Positions 31,084-45,060 of a DNA stretch of 64,000 nucleotides are shown in pieces (the first letter of the stretch is position 1; every line of letters begins with the position of its first letter). Source of the DNA: an uncultured Alphaproteobacteria bacterium. GTDB lineage: Bacteria > Pseudomonadota > Alphaproteobacteria > 43-37 > CAWALT01. The notes beneath the pieces were generated by a model. It saw only the letters and a list, made by a program, of their open reading frames with translations. It had not been told where the DNA came from and searched no databases. A program made the translations under genes and the position numbers. Where the stretch lies: NCBI GenBank assembly GCA_963782975.1, contig CAWALT010000003.1, positions 333,805 to 397,804 on the forward strand. Direction: 5' to 3'.

Positions 31084-33333
31084 ATGTTGAATGTTAAGGC
31101 AAGAGGATCACGGCGGATGAAGGAAGTAAAAGTAAGAGCGGAAGAAAATAAGCAGGTTGACTCTCGGGAGTTAAGATTGGTTTCCGTGCTTCTACCTTTT
31201 GCTACGGATGCCCTTTACACATATATGTGTCCGGCCGATCTGGCTCTTGCCCGCGGAGATTATGTGTATGTGTCATTTGGATCATCAAAAAAGATAGGGG
31301 TGGTTTGGCAGACAGACGTTGATCAGCCGAAAAATAAAAAAATTAAAACCATTCTACAGAAGATAGAAGCTTTGCCTTTGTCCAATACCATGTGCAATTT
31401 TATTGACTGGGTTGCTTATTATACCCTCGCGCCCCTTGGAGCTGTGTTAAAAATGGCTATGACAGAGCCCGAGGCCCTTTTCCCTCCTAAGAAAAAAACC
31501 ATCCTCCATTATCATCTTGCTTCTGAGGAGACTTTGTCGGGCGTATCTCTCACTTCAGCGCGCGCAAAAGTTGTGGAAGCTTTAACTTTCCATCGGCAAG
31601 GAACATTGAAGCAGCTTAAGCAATGGACCGGTGTAAGTCGACAGGTCATAACGACAATGGCCGAAAAAGGTTTTTTAGGAGTAGAATCTATTGAAGAAGA
31701 ACCTGAGCAAAGGGGATCGCAGCCATTCTCAAAGCTTCATGTGCCACTGAATGCTGAGCAAGAAGCGGCAGCGCATGAAATAAAGAGAGAGGATAAGTTC
31801 GCTGTCTTTGTTTTAGATGGGGTAACAGGTTCAGGTAAAACCGAAGTCTATTTTGATGTAATGGCTAAGGCCATACAAGAGGATAAGCAAGCCCTCATCC
31901 TATTACCCGAGATCGCTTTGAGCACCCCTTTTTTAGAGAGATTTGAGCAACGCTTCGGGGTGCGTCCATTTCTTTGGCATTCCAGTGTTTCGAAAGAAAC
32001 TCGTTGTTGTACATGGCGTGCAACGCGCGCAGGAGATGCTAAGGTCATTGCCGGCACTCGTTCGGCATTATTCCTCTCCTTCTTTAACCTTGGTCTTATT
32101 GTGGTTGATGAAGAACATGACGCTACCTACAAACAAGAAGAGGGGGTCATTTATAATGCTAGAGACATGGCTATCGTAAGGGCTTACCAAGAAAATATTC
32201 CGATCATTCTCTCGTCAGCTACGCCCTCCCTTGAAACTCTGGTAAACGTAAAGCAAAGGCGCTACCAACATCTTACTTTATCAAAACGCTATGGTGGGCA
32301 TACTTTGCCAACTTTAAAAGTGGTTGATATGCGGCATAAAGGGGCCCAAGGTGGGTGGATCTCTCCCGTGCTTAAAGCAGCGATGGAAGAGACCTTGAAT
32401 AAATCGGAGCAAGTCCTTCTTTTTATCAACCGACGGGGTTATGCGCCTTTAACGCTGTGTCGCTCATGCGGATATCGTTTCGCCTGTCCTCATTGTACGG
32501 CTTGGCTGGTGGAGCATCGAAGTGCCCATCATCTCCGGTGTCATCACTGTGGTTTTATTCTTGCCAAGCCAAAAGTTTGCCCAAGCTGTGAGATGGAAGA
32601 GACATTGATCCCTTGTGGTCCAGGGATTGAGCGTCTGGCGGAAGAAGCCATATCCCTTTTTCCCAAGGCACGCATCGAGCTTATGTCCAGTGATAATGTA
32701 GGTACGCTGGAGCAAACCAAATACCTTTTGAGCCGAATAGACAACCGAGAAATTGATATCCTCATTGGGACGCAGATGATTACCAAGGGGTATCACTTTA
32801 AGAACATGACCTTAGTCGGGATCGTTGATGCCGATGCAAGCCTTAATAATGGCGATTTACGAGCTGTAGAGAGAACCTATCAATTATTAACCCAAGTGTC
32901 CGGCCGATCGGGACGAGAAAAACCTGGCGAAGCTATTATCCAGACGTTTTTGCCGCATCATGAAATTATGGAGGCCTTATTAAAACAGGATCGCGATGCG
33001 TTAATGGAAGCCGAAATGGAAAGTCGTAGACGGTTTCGTATGCCACCCTTCGGTCGTCTTGTGGCCATCATTGTGGCGGGATCTAACCTTGAAGAGGTAA
33101 AGCGTTCTATTTATGCGCTGCCTAGAACATTCCCTAAAATGACGCAGGTTCAATTATTGGGTCCTACAGAGGCCCCTATTGCTAAGATTCGCGGACTTCA
33201 TCGCTGGCGTTTGCTTATTAAGGCAGAGAGAGGAATAAATGTGCAAAGCCTGATCCGCCAATGGCTTTCTTTGCATCATTTTCCTAGAACACTGCGGGTG
33301 AAAATCGATGTGGACCCGTATAGCTTTTTTTAA
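31084..33333 (+). CDS. priA: Primosomal protein N', a replication-restart helicase.
   Basis: Walker A GVTGSGKTEVYF, DEEH box, a Cys-rich zinc ribbon (CRSCGYRFACPHC...CHHCG...CPSCE), and a C-terminal domain. Confidence 0.9.
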   Translation: MLNVKARGSRRMKEVKVRAEENKQVDSRELRLVSVLLPFATDALYTYMCPADLALARGDYVYVSFGSSKKIGVVWQTDVDQPKNKKIKTILQKIEALPLSNTMCNFIDWVAYYTLAPLGAVLKMAMTEPEALFPPKKKTILHYHLASEETLSGVSLTSARAKVVEALTFHRQGTLKQLKQWTGVSRQVITTMAEKGFLGVESIEEEPEQRGSQPFSKLHVPLNAEQEAAAHEIKREDKFAVFVLDGVTGSGKTEVYFDVMAKAIQEDKQALILLPEIALSTPFLERFEQRFGVRPFLWHSSVSKETRCCTWRATRAGDAKVIAGTRSALFLSFFNLGLIVVDEEHDATYKQEEGVIYNARDMAIVRAYQENIPIILSSATPSLETLVNVKQRRYQHLTLSKRYGGHTLPTLKVVDMRHKGAQGGWISPVLKAAMEETLNKSEQVLLFINRRGYAPLTLCRSCGYRFACPHCTAWLVEHRSAHHLRCHHCGFILAKPKVCPSCEMEETLIPCGPGIERLAEEAISLFPKARIELMSSDNVGTLEQTKYLLSRIDNREIDILIGTQMITKGYHFKNMTLVGIVDADASLNNGDLRAVERTYQLLTQVSGRSGREKPGEAIIQTFLPHHEIMEALLKQDRDALMEAEMESRRRFRMPPFGRLVAIIVAGSNLEEVKRSIYALPRTFPKMTQVQLLGPTEAPIAKIRGLHRWRLLIKAERGINVQSLIRQWLSLHHFPRTLRVKIDVDPYSFF

Positions 33334-33491
33334 AAAATTTTCTAAGGATCTTGCCAGATGAAATGGACTATGATACGTAACCAATCAACGATATGAAACT
33401 CTTCATTGCGGCATGATACGGTATGTGTTAGGTTTGCTAAATATTTTTGGTAAATAGATAAGTTACACATAAATTTAAAGGGATCTTAATA

Positions 33492-34028
33492 GTGAAAGCA
33501 GCGCAGCGATATGCCGAGGCTCTCTATTCCTTAGCGACGGAGCGGGGGGAACTTAAGACAGTTTTTCAAGAACTTACTCTATTTTTAGAGATGGTTGAAA
33601 AGCACCTTTTTCTTAAAGGATTTCTTTATCATCCTCTCCATAGCAATAAAAATAAAGTAAAGGCGGTAACGGCTCTTGTTACAGAACAAAAGTTTCATTC
33701 CTTTACTCAGAATTTCTTGAAAATTCTCGCGGCTAATGGCCGTATGAAGTGTTTGACAGAAATTATTAAAGTCTTAGACAAAAAGGTGAAAAAAGATAAA
33801 AACGAAATAGAAGTCGTAGCGACGGTACCTACCGCCTTGTCCACAAAACAAGTAGAGGCTTTGAAGAAAGATATAGAGTCTGCTTTGAAAAAGCCTGTCG
33901 CTCTTAATGTCATTGAGGATAAATCAATCCTGGGGGGTATTATCCTTCAGTCGGGCTCTTTTTTAGTGGATGATTCTTATCGACGTAAATTGCAAACTAT
34001 AACTCATATTATGAAAGGGGTTGTCTAA
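33492..34028 (+). CDS. atpH: F1 ATP synthase delta subunit (OSCP). It has a GTG start.
   Basis: 178 aa in the delta position of the atpHAGDC operon. The motif ...[22 protein letters not shown] is present. Confidence 0.8.
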   Translation: MKAAQRYAEALYSLATERGELKTVFQELTLFLEMVEKHLFLKGFLYHPLHSNKNKVKAVTALVTEQKFHSFTQNFLKILAANGRMKCLTEIIKVLDKKVKKDKNEIEVVATVPTALSTKQVEALKKDIESALKKPVALNVIEDKSILGGIILQSGSFLVDDSYRRKLQTITHIMKGVV

Positions 34029-35563
34029 TGGAAATCCGCGCCGCGGAAATTTCATCGATTTTGAAAAAGCAAATTGAAAATTTCGATCCATCACCTGAAA
34101 TAGCTGAAGTTGGGACGGTCTTATCTGTCGGTGATGGGATCGCGCGTATCTATGGGCTTGACAATGTACAAGCGGGGGAAATGGTTGTGTTCCCTAATGG
34201 AGTACGCGGTATGGCTTTAAACCTTGAAGAAGATAATGTGGGTGTGGTTCTCCTTGGAAAAGACGCGGGGATAAAAGAAGGGGATGTTGTCAAGCGCACG
34301 AAAACCATTGTTGAGGTGCCCGTTGGAAAAAGCCTTTTAGGGAGAGTCGTTGACGCACTTGGTAACCCGATTGATGGCAAAGGCCCTATAAAAGAGACAG
34401 AGCGCCGCCCTGTGGAGGTAAAAGCCCCCGGCATTATACCGCGGCAATCCGTGAACCAGCCAATGAAGACTGGTTTAAAGGCCATAGATGCTCTTGTTCC
34501 TATTGGGCGGGGTCAGCGCGAGCTTATTATTGGGGATCGTGAAACCGGAAAGACGGCGATTGCTATTGATACGATTATCAATCAAAAGCCAACCAATGAT
34601 GGTGCTGCGGACAAGGACAAGCTTTTCTGTATCTATGTGGCGATCGGGCAAAAACGTTCTTCTGTTGCCCAAATCGTTCGCAAATTAGAAGAAAGTGGTG
34701 CATTAGAGTATACTATTATTGTGGCGGCAACCGCTTCGGATGCGGCTCCTTTGCAATACCTGGCGCCGTATGCTGGTTGTTGCATGGGGGAATATTTTCG
34801 CGATAATGGGATGCATGCCCTCATTATATATGATGATTTGTCGAAACAAGCGGTTGCCTATCGTCAAATGTCTTTGCTTCTCCGTCGTCCTCCTGGTCGT
34901 GAAGCTTACCCAGGCGATGTGTTTTACCTTCACTCCCGCCTTCTTGAGCGTGCTGCGAGGATGAGTGATGCGGAAGGAGGAGGGTCATTAACGGCTCTTC
35001 CGATCATTGAGACGCAAGCGGGGGACGTGTCGGCTTACATTCCAACCAATGTGATTTCGATTACGGATGGCCAGATATTCTTAGAAAACGATCTCTTCTA
35101 TAAAGGTATACGGCCAGCTATTAACGTTGGTTTATCGGTAAGTCGTGTCGGTTCGGCGGCTCAGACAAAAGCGATGAAGTCGGTGGCAGGTTCGGTGAAA
35201 CTAGAGTTGGCTCAGTACCGGGAGATTGCTTCATTTTCGCAATTTGCGTCGGATTTAGATACATCTACCAAACGCCTGTTAGCGCGCGGTGAACGTTTAA
35301 CAGAGCTTCTCAAGCAAGCGCAATATAGCCCTATGATGGAAGAGGAGCAGGTAGCATCTATTTTTGCCGGCGTTCGAGGATACTTAGATAAAATTGGCGT
35401 CAAGGACGTGACACGTTTCGAGGCGGAGTACTTGCAAGCACTTCGGGTGGAGAAGCCAGAGATCTTACAATCCATTCGTGAGGAGAAAAAGCTTTTACCT
35501 GAGATGGAAAAAAAGCTTGAGGGCTTTTTAGAAAAATTTGTCAAAAAATTTTTAGGGTCGTAA
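34028..35563 (+). CDS. atpA: F1 ATP synthase alpha subunit.
   Basis: GDRETGKT P-loop; 511 aa. Confidence 0.97.
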   Translation: MEIRAAEISSILKKQIENFDPSPEIAEVGTVLSVGDGIARIYGLDNVQAGEMVVFPNGVRGMALNLEEDNVGVVLLGKDAGIKEGDVVKRTKTIVEVPVGKSLLGRVVDALGNPIDGKGPIKETERRPVEVKAPGIIPRQSVNQPMKTGLKAIDALVPIGRGQRELIIGDRETGKTAIAIDTIINQKPTNDGAADKDKLFCIYVAIGQKRSSVAQIVRKLEESGALEYTIIVAATASDAAPLQYLAPYAGCCMGEYFRDNGMHALIIYDDLSKQAVAYRQMSLLLRRPPGREAYPGDVFYLHSRLLERAARMSDAEGGGSLTALPIIETQAGDVSAYIPTNVISITDGQIFLENDLFYKGIRPAINVGLSVSRVGSAAQTKAMKSVAGSVKLELAQYREIASFSQFASDLDTSTKRLLARGERLTELLKQAQYSPMMEEEQVASIFAGVRGYLDKIGVKDVTRFEAEYLQALRVEKPEILQSIREEKKLLPEMEKKLEGFLEKFVKKFLGS

Positions 35564-35564
35564 G

Positions 35565-37935
<2,371 letters not shown>

Positions 37936-37936
37936 T

Positions 37937-38347
37937 ATGACAGCGACATTTATGCTTGAGGTCATTGAGCCAAAAAAAGTTATCCTTTCACAAGAGGTGC
38001 AAATGGCGACATTCCCTGGCATACAAGGGCGCTTTGGGCTTTTGCCTGATCATAGTGCGCTTATGACTCTTTTAATAGCCGGTTCTATCGAAATCTTTGA
38101 GAAAGAAGAGGTGAAAGAACGCTTTTTCCTTACGCGCGGTTTTCTAAGCATGGAAAATAACCACTGTACGGTCCTTGCTGAGCAAATCCTGTGTGAATCC
38201 GATATAGCCTTATCTAAGATAGAAGAAGAAAAGCGCCTTTTAGAGCAAAGCTTATTAGAAGCGCAAAACCCCGTTGAAAAGAAAGATCTCGAAGATAAGC
38301 TTAAGGTCTTAGAGGCGCAGAGAGAATTTCTACAAAAAGCCTCTTAA
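37937..38347 (+). CDS. atpC: F1 ATP synthase epsilon subunit.
   Basis: 136 aa at the operon end. Confidence 0.85.
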   Translation: MTATFMLEVIEPKKVILSQEVQMATFPGIQGRFGLLPDHSALMTLLIAGSIEIFEKEEVKERFFLTRGFLSMENNHCTVLAEQILCESDIALSKIEEEKRLLEQSLLEAQNPVEKKDLEDKLKVLEAQREFLQKAS

Positions 38348-38386
38348 GAAAACGGTTAGAAAAGATTAAAGGGAAGGGTAGGCTTT

Positions 38387-38418
38387 GCGCTTAAAGGGCA
38401 TAAGCGCCTTTCTTTTGG
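38387..38418 (+). terminator. Rho-independent terminator of the atp operon.
   Basis: The sequence gcgctta-aagggca-taagcgc forms a perfect 7-bp stem and is followed by ctttcttttgg. Confidence 0.6.
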
Positions 38419-38703
38419 AAGAAAAAAGTCAGGGGAATAGCGTTTCGTCATCGCTTCGACATGTTGATAGAGAAGTTACCTTATCCTTTATAGCTTTTTC
38501 TAAGATTTGTATGCTTTTAGTTTGAAAATATATCTTTTTGTTGGGTTGTGTCGCAAACGGCGTTAGAACCAGTTTCCTGTTTTTATTTGGCCTTCGCTCC
38601 CAAAGTCCTTATACCTCGTTTTTTAGGGAGGAGTCATGGAGAAGGCAGCCTCTCTACCTTGAAGATCTAAATGGGCAACCTTATAAAGCTGAGCTTTGGA
38701 ACA

Positions 38704-39420
38704 ATGAAGCAAAAAATTATGGTGTTCTTTTTTAGCTTAATCTTTTATCTATCTTGTTCCTGTTTTTCTCAGGCGCACGGGAAATGCAAGATTCTTCCAG
38801 AGCGACTTTTTAAAATTTTTCCTAAAGTTACTTTTATTTTTGTGCGCCATGGTGACTCAGGATGGGACCCCTCTATGCTTTCCCAGGGGCCATTAAATTT
38901 AGCTTTAAATGAGGCAGGCAGAAAGCAAGCGAAAAACGCGGCGTCCTTCTTAAAACGTTTTTCTTTCTATGGGACCGTCTATACAAGTCCTTTAAAACGC
39001 GCGTATCAAACGGCTGAGGTTATTGGTAAAGCCCTTGCGCAAGATATAAAGATTGTTCAAAATTTGAAAGAGCGCTATTTTGGTGATTGGTCAAAAAGGC
39101 CTCAAGAGGCCAAAGATCTTTCTCGCAAGGCAAAAAAAGATCTCACGTATCTTGAGAAGGTGGTGACGAAAGAGTGGTTACCTGAAGATGCTGAGAAATT
39201 GGAAGATTTCAAGCAAAGGGTGAAGAACGTTTTTGCGTATATTTTACGTTCTCAAGAAGATAAGCTCCTCATTATTGTTTCTCATGAAGAGGTCTTTAAA
39301 AGCTTAACCTGTATGCTAACGGGTCAACAGCAAAGAATCGGTCAAGGGGAAATGGCAAGATTTCGCCCACCTTCTTCTAAAACCCGGGGGCAACTTTGGC
39401 GTATTGACCGCTTGAAATAA
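38704..39420 (+). CDS. Secreted histidine phosphatase superfamily protein (PGAM/SixA-like). The likely start is at MKQKIMVFF.
   Basis: Signal peptide followed by VTFIFVRHGDSGWD, which matches the RHG catalytic motif. Confidence 0.65.
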   Translation: MKQKIMVFFFSLIFYLSCSCFSQAHGKCKILPERLFKIFPKVTFIFVRHGDSGWDPSMLSQGPLNLALNEAGRKQAKNAASFLKRFSFYGTVYTSPLKRAYQTAEVIGKALAQDIKIVQNLKERYFGDWSKRPQEAKDLSRKAKKDLTYLEKVVTKEWLPEDAEKLEDFKQRVKNVFAYILRSQEDKLLIIVSHEEVFKSLTCMLTGQQQRIGQGEMARFRPPSSKTRGQLWRIDRLK

Positions 39421-39534
39421 ATCTATTTAATTGTTTGAGTAAGTTCGTTCATCCAAAGGTAAGAAGAAAAGCGCTCCTAAGAGATTTGGCAAGAATAGGC
39501 TTCGGTTAGAAAACCCTTTTCTGGCTTTTCCGAT

Positions 39535-40911
39535 CTATCCCTTCTTTAATGCGATAGTATCTTTATAACGATGCCACCAATAAAAACTTATGAACATAAG
39601 GAAGCGAACAACAACATCCACCACTAAGCCATCGAACCCCGTGTATTTGAACAAAAAGTTCCATGTGACGACTGTTATAAGACTTGTTACACTGCTGAAT
39701 GAAAACTCCCGAATACGAATGCGGTAGCCTAAAATTCCCATAACGAGAGGGACTAAAATAAGGGGGCAAAAGTTATAACTATAAAGCAAGATGTCTAAGG
39801 CGCTTTCGATATGTGTAGCAAATAGAATAGCGGCAACCCCAATTAAGAAAGTCGACCGACGGATGATAGTTAGCCCTTGCTTAGTGGCGAGAGCTTTTTT
39901 TCGCTGATAATATCTTGGACGAGGGCAATCGCTGAGGCATTCAGGTATGAATCAGCTGAAGACATAATAACGGCAACAATAGCAGCGATAGCAATTCCTT
40001 TTAAACCACTTGGTAAGATGGTGTGAATAACATAAGGGAGAGTCATAGAAGGTCTTAGACCAGCGTCAAGGTGGAGCGCAGTAAGCCCGATGGAAGCAGC
40101 CGTGATAAAAAAGATCGAGAGGAGTCCGCTGATGAGGATTTCTTTTCTTGTGCTTTGAGTATCTTTGGTAATGGGAAGGTGCTGAACATGCGGAGGAACA
40201 AGAACTTCCCCAAGGAAAAATAAGATAATGATTGATAAGAGGCCTAGAGGGCCAGGAAATGAAAGGTGTGTTGCAAGAGGGGACGCTACTAAAGCCTGGG
40301 GATCACCTACATAAGAAATGCCAAGGTTCAAACACAGGGGGATCGTGATCACAAGGACCCAGAATGGCAAGATATCCGTTGCAACGACGGAGCGCATTCG
40401 ACCAAAAACAGAATAACCAATGATAATACCGCACCCGATCACAATGCCAAGAAGATGATTAGGGCCTAGAAAGACATTAAATACATGGGCCCATGGCATT
40501 AACCTGAGCTCCTATAATGCCGGTACAGACAAGGACTGAGGCCGCGCCGGAAATATAACGGCCCCATAAGCCGTAAAATTTTGCCATAATGTCTCCGATT
40601 GAAAATACTTTCCTTAAAGGCTCCATATGAGGAACGATGACCAACGCCACAAAAATTAATTGTGTACTAAAGCCCAGAAGGCAGAACGTATAACATACGC
40701 CCTGGGTAAAAGTTTTTTCACTCATTCCCAAGGTATAACCACCCGCCGATATAAGACAGCGGAAAGGGTTGCAAGGAGAGCCCTGCTTGAATAATGCTAT
40801 CCCCTCAATGGCAAAGGAACGTGTATCTTTCACTTTAAAACCGGCTTTCAGGCCAATGATGAGAATCAAAAGCAAAAAAAGCGCTCCAATGAGATAATCG
40901 AGAAAAGTCAT
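39535..40911 (-). pseudogene. Sodium:solute symporter (SSS family), frameshifted into three ORFs.
   Basis: ORFs 40477..40911, 39870..40499 and 39535..39789 are collinear pieces in different frames. They overlap by 22 bp and are separated by an 80-bp gap. The SSS signature LPSGLKGIAIAAIVAVIMSSADSYLNASA is present. Confidence 0.6.
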
Positions 40912-41087
40912 GACGATCCTTTTAAGAAAGGAGACAAGGATCTATTTTTGTCGAGGGTAGTCTTTGCCCTGTAATGGCCAAGCTCCTTTTTTATTAGAAA
41001 TGAGGGCGGCGTTCTCTTTAATGTTTTGCTATTTTTGCTTAACTTGCTAACCTATTTGTCTACTTACCTAGCAGAAAATCTTGGAGT

Positions 41088-42467
41088 ATGTTTATTATGC
41101 GCCACCGCTGGAGCTTATTAGCCATTTTGTTTGTTTGTTTCCTGCTAAAGCTTACCTCTTCGCTTTTTTCAAGCCAAAAAAAGGTAAAGGAGACGATCAT
41201 CAATGATAAATCCGTTACGAAGATTACCCGATACGAGATTGGCATGAGCCCTTCTTTAGCAAAAGAATTAAGGGGGCTGAATCCTGGCATAGGTTCGAGT
41301 CTTGTTTTTAAAGAGAAGAGGGGGGAGACATATATTTTCTGGATGTTAACCGATCGGGGGCCTAACTTTGATGGGCCTGCAACCTTTGGTCCTGGCGAAG
41401 TGAAAGTTTTTCCTTACCCAGACTACGCTCCTTTTATAGGAGAGGTCGAGGTTGTGAGAGGAAAAAGCGCGACTCTCCTTAATAAAGTGGTTATGATAGG
41501 ACAGGAAGGAATTTTAACAGGACGGCCTTTGCCTCCTCGGGATTCTGCTTGGAGCTATGAGGTGCCTGCCTCTCTTTCTTTTAAAGCTTTAGAATATGAT
41601 AAAGAAGGGATTGATCCTGAAAGTCTAAGCTATGATAAGGCCACTCATACCTTCTGGGTTGGAGAAGAATATGGTCCGAGCCTTCTTCAAGTTGATGCGC
41701 GCAATGGGTGTGTTCTTCGGCGTCTTTCCCCAGGCGAAGGATTGCCCGAGATTTTTCAGTATCGCAAAGCAAACAGAGGCATTGAAGCGCTAGATATTAC
41801 CCCGAGAGGGAAGGTCGTTCTTTGCTTCGAAAGCCCCCTAGAGGATAAAAAAGCATTGCCGTGTCAGGCTCCCTTGATACGATTGTGTGAAGTTGATCCT
41901 CTCTCTTTAAACACGCGACAATTTGCTTATTTGTATGATGAAGAAGTTTATGAAAATAAAAATGAAGCGAAAATAGGTGATATGACAGCTCTAAGCGATG
42001 ATCTTTTTCTTCTGGTAGAGCAAGGAAAAACAAAGGAAGGAGAATATCGCCACGTTATTTACCTTGTTGATATAAGTGGTGCCGAGGATATAACCCATAA
42101 AAAGCTCCCGAATGGTCAAGAACTGGAAACCGCCTCAACAGATGTCCTCCGTTCTTTGTTGCGACCGGTTCGTAAGCAAAAAATTCTTGATGTTGATACG
42201 TATGGGTGGCCTTACCGGAAGCTTGAAGGTCTTGCTATTGTTAACGATCGCTTCTTAGTCTTTTCTAATGATAATGACTTTGGCGTCCAAGGCGAGAACT
42301 TTAATGAACAGGATAATATGCCTCAGCGCTTATCCATAGATAAAGAAGGAAAATTGCATTTTAATAAAGCTCCAAGAAGGAAGGCTTTCCACACTTATGC
42401 CACAAGAGAGAAAAGTGAACTATGGGTGATTGAGCTGGCAAAGCCTTTGTTAGAATTGGCACGCTAA
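41088..42467 (+). CDS. Secreted phytase-like esterase family protein (esterase-like activity of phytase domain).
   Basis: Signal peptide. Motifs include FWVGEEYGPSLLQVD and NRGIEALDI, with KLEGLAIVNDRFLVFSNDNDFG at the C-terminus. Confidence 0.5.
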   Translation: MFIMRHRWSLLAILFVCFLLKLTSSLFSSQKKVKETIINDKSVTKITRYEIGMSPSLAKELRGLNPGIGSSLVFKEKRGETYIFWMLTDRGPNFDGPATFGPGEVKVFPYPDYAPFIGEVEVVRGKSATLLNKVVMIGQEGILTGRPLPPRDSAWSYEVPASLSFKALEYDKEGIDPESLSYDKATHTFWVGEEYGPSLLQVDARNGCVLRRLSPGEGLPEIFQYRKANRGIEALDITPRGKVVLCFESPLEDKKALPCQAPLIRLCEVDPLSLNTRQFAYLYDEEVYENKNEAKIGDMTALSDDLFLLVEQGKTKEGEYRHVIYLVDISGAEDITHKKLPNGQELETASTDVLRSLLRPVRKQKILDVDTYGWPYRKLEGLAIVNDRFLVFSNDNDFGVQGENFNEQDNMPQRLSIDKEGKLHFNKAPRRKAFHTYATREKSELWVIELAKPLLELAR

Positions 42468-43068
42468 TATCGCCCATGCAATCAAAAATTTCTTGCTATA
42501 AGGGCGTCTTAAACTTAACAAGATTCTTTTCTTAAAGGGGATGAAGAAAGTTTTCCTGGGCTTTATTGTTCCCTCTCCGCTTTACTTTTCTTTGCCTTTA
42601 GCGTCTATATTATAACATTTTTTATTTCAAAACAATCTTATTTATTATGGGAAAATGGTGTATTACTTCTGGTTATATGGACTATTTACAATTTATAATT
42701 GCTTATTTTTAATGAAATTGATAAAAAATATATAAAGCTAACGATAGATGGAAGGCGTTAAATAAATATTTATCAGTGATTCCATATATATTGGCTATAA
42801 CCCTAGCGCAGTATAATTTCGTAAGAAAGCGATGGGGATAGAAAGTTATCTGTTGCTTAAATAAGCGCTTTTCTACTTTGCGAAAAGCGAAGGGGAAGGT
42901 GCTTATTTTTCTATTTAAGAAGTTTTTGCTTAGGAGGCTTTGTCATAACCCTTTTTCTTGAGATCGCCATGAGAAAATGTAAGGAGCTCGAGCCACTTAA
43001 TCTGGATATGAGACAAAAGTTTTCTACAAAAGAGAGTAAGGCTTAAACGAGAGTATTAAAAAGCTTTT

Positions 43069-43905
43069 TTGTTTTTTATGCTTGCCCCAGTATCGCAAAC
43101 AAAGATTGGGTGGCGGTATACAATAAATAGAATAAATAAATTTTTATATTTAAGCAGAACGGTTGCAAAACCCTTCTTATTCTGGTTTAATATTTACAAA
43201 AAACGTAAACAAACACAAGTCTTTCCAATGTTCTTGAAAAAATTAGAAAACTTATCCTTACCTAAAGCTGTAATTTTTGATTGGGACAATACTCTTGTTG
43301 ATACTTCGCAAGTGATCCGACAAAGCCTCCATAATTTATTTGGCTTCTATGGGTTTTCCTCTGAACAGGTGAACGCTTTTACCAATAAGATGGGAGCGTC
43401 TTTAAGGGAGACTTTTCCAAAAATCTTTGGGGAAGCGTGGCAAGAAGCCCGTGACAAATATTACGAATTATACGAGATAATACATCTCAATATGCTTAAA
43501 TCCTTTGAAGGAGCTCAAGAAAGCCTTCAATTTTTAAAAGAAAAAGACATCCATTGTTGTATTATTAGTAATAAGTGCGGCTCTTACTTACGTTTGGAAG
43601 TAAGTCATTTGGGTTGGCATGATTACTTTATTTCAATTATTGGTGCCAATGATTTGGCGCGTGATAAGCCTGACCCCGCGAGTGTATATGCAGCTCTTGC
43701 GCCCATTCCTTTGCGCCCTTCAAAAGAAGTATGGTTTGTCGGTGATATGCCCGCGGATTATCTATGCGCGGTAAATGCTGGTTGCCAGCCAATTATACTT
43801 GGCACTCCAAGCGTATTAGAGGAAAAGAAAGAAGCAATCTTTGTGGAAAACTGTGAAGGTTTTTATAAAATTTTAAAAAATAAATTTGAGCCCGTAATAT
43901 ATTGA
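43069..43905 (+). CDS. HAD-superfamily hydrolase (phosphoglycolate phosphatase-like). The likely start is at MFLKKLEN, about 43222.
   Basis: Motif I VIFDWDNTLVDT and motif IV GDMPADYLCAVNAG. Confidence 0.65.
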   Translation: MFFMLAPVSQTKIGWRYTINRINKFLYLSRTVAKPFLFWFNIYKKRKQTQVFPMFLKKLENLSLPKAVIFDWDNTLVDTSQVIRQSLHNLFGFYGFSSEQVNAFTNKMGASLRETFPKIFGEAWQEARDKYYELYEIIHLNMLKSFEGAQESLQFLKEKDIHCCIISNKCGSYLRLEVSHLGWHDYFISIIGANDLARDKPDPASVYAALAPIPLRPSKEVWFVGDMPADYLCAVNAGCQPIILGTPSVLEEKKEAIFVENCEGFYKILKNKFEPVIY

Positions 43906-43991
43906 AGTGAGGAAAATATGTACTTGTTTTTTACAGGGAATTTTAATAAAAATAACAGCAATAATTAAAACTGTGGGAAGGAAGCTAAAGT

Positions 43992-44291
43992 ATGAGTAGT
44001 GAAAAAAATAATGTACAAGATGTATTCTTAAACCACGTTCGCAAGAATAAAACAGCCGTTACTCTTTTCTTAGTCAATGGCGTCAAGCTGCAAGGTATTG
44101 TTACCTGGTTTGATAACTTTTCTTTACTTTTGCGGCGCGACGGGCATGTTCAACTTGTGTATAAGCATGCCATTTCTACGGTTATGCCTATTGGTCCCGT
44201 TCAACTTTATGAGCAGGAAGACATGAGCGAGACGCGCACAGGTGCCCATAAAGATGAGGAAAACTCAGGGTTGCAGGCCGAAGAATATTGA
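43992..44291 (+). CDS. hfq: RNA chaperone Hfq.
   Basis: Sm fold [57 protein letters not shown]. Confidence 0.95.
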   Translation: MSSEKNNVQDVFLNHVRKNKTAVTLFLVNGVKLQGIVTWFDNFSLLLRRDGHVQLVYKHAISTVMPIGPVQLYEQEDMSETRTGAHKDEENSGLQAEEY

Positions 44292-45060
44292 TAAAAGCCC
44301 CAAAGAAAAGCGAGCAGTCTTCATGCCCCCGAAGAAAGGAAGAGAGAGTAGTATTCGTTTCCTGGTAGGAGGTAAAGACTGCTTTTTTTCTTGGCAAGAT
44401 GTTATTCTAAAAGCTGCCGCTACAGACCTCTTCTAAGCAAGAGGATAGGCAGAGTGAATTTTGCTCTATATTTCTGCATGTAGGCTATGTCATCTAAATA
44501 CATATCTAGCTACCCAAGATAGGAAAGAGAGAAGCTATCTCTTTCTTTACCAAGGGTAGGGTCATCTTATCGTCACTAAGGGTAGCGTCCTCTTGTCGTC
44601 GCTATGCGAGTAGGTCCCCACCATTAGGCTGACTTACCTCGCCCCCTTACTCACCTGTCTATTAAAGAAGAGCTCGCCTCTTTTCCCACAACCTTTTAGA
44701 GACACGGAGAGGAAATGGCTAAGCTGTATTCTTGTAAGAAAAGAGGACGTGCGAGAGAAAAAAGCGTTCACGAGGGTAGGCCAAGTTGAAAGAGCGTTGA
44801 TGTGGCAAGCGGCCAATTCTTAAAAGAAAAAGGCGTGCCCCATGGTTTTGTTCACCATGCTTACTCTCGACGATCTTTATAAGCATGAGGTAATATTTCC
44901 CTCTCTTATCTATGAAAGGTGCGTGGGCTCATGAGGGGGTTACCACTAAAAATTCTTTCCTAAAATAAATCTAAATAGTTTTTTTGTTAATTACGGTTGA
45001 CTATTTTTGTTTTTCTTCTAAATAATTGTTTATAGAACTAAATGTTTGTAGGATTTTAAA

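Noticed and set aside
44480-44640. A 22-bp imperfect direct repeat (gggtagGGTCATCTTATCGTCACTA / gggtagCGTCCTCTTGTCGTCGCTA) in the hfq-downstream spacer. It could be an sRNA or a CRISPR-like unit.
   Set aside because: There are only two units and no spacer-repeat periodicity. I cannot fold it or match it to a known RNA family without tools. I record it as unexplained, not as a feature.
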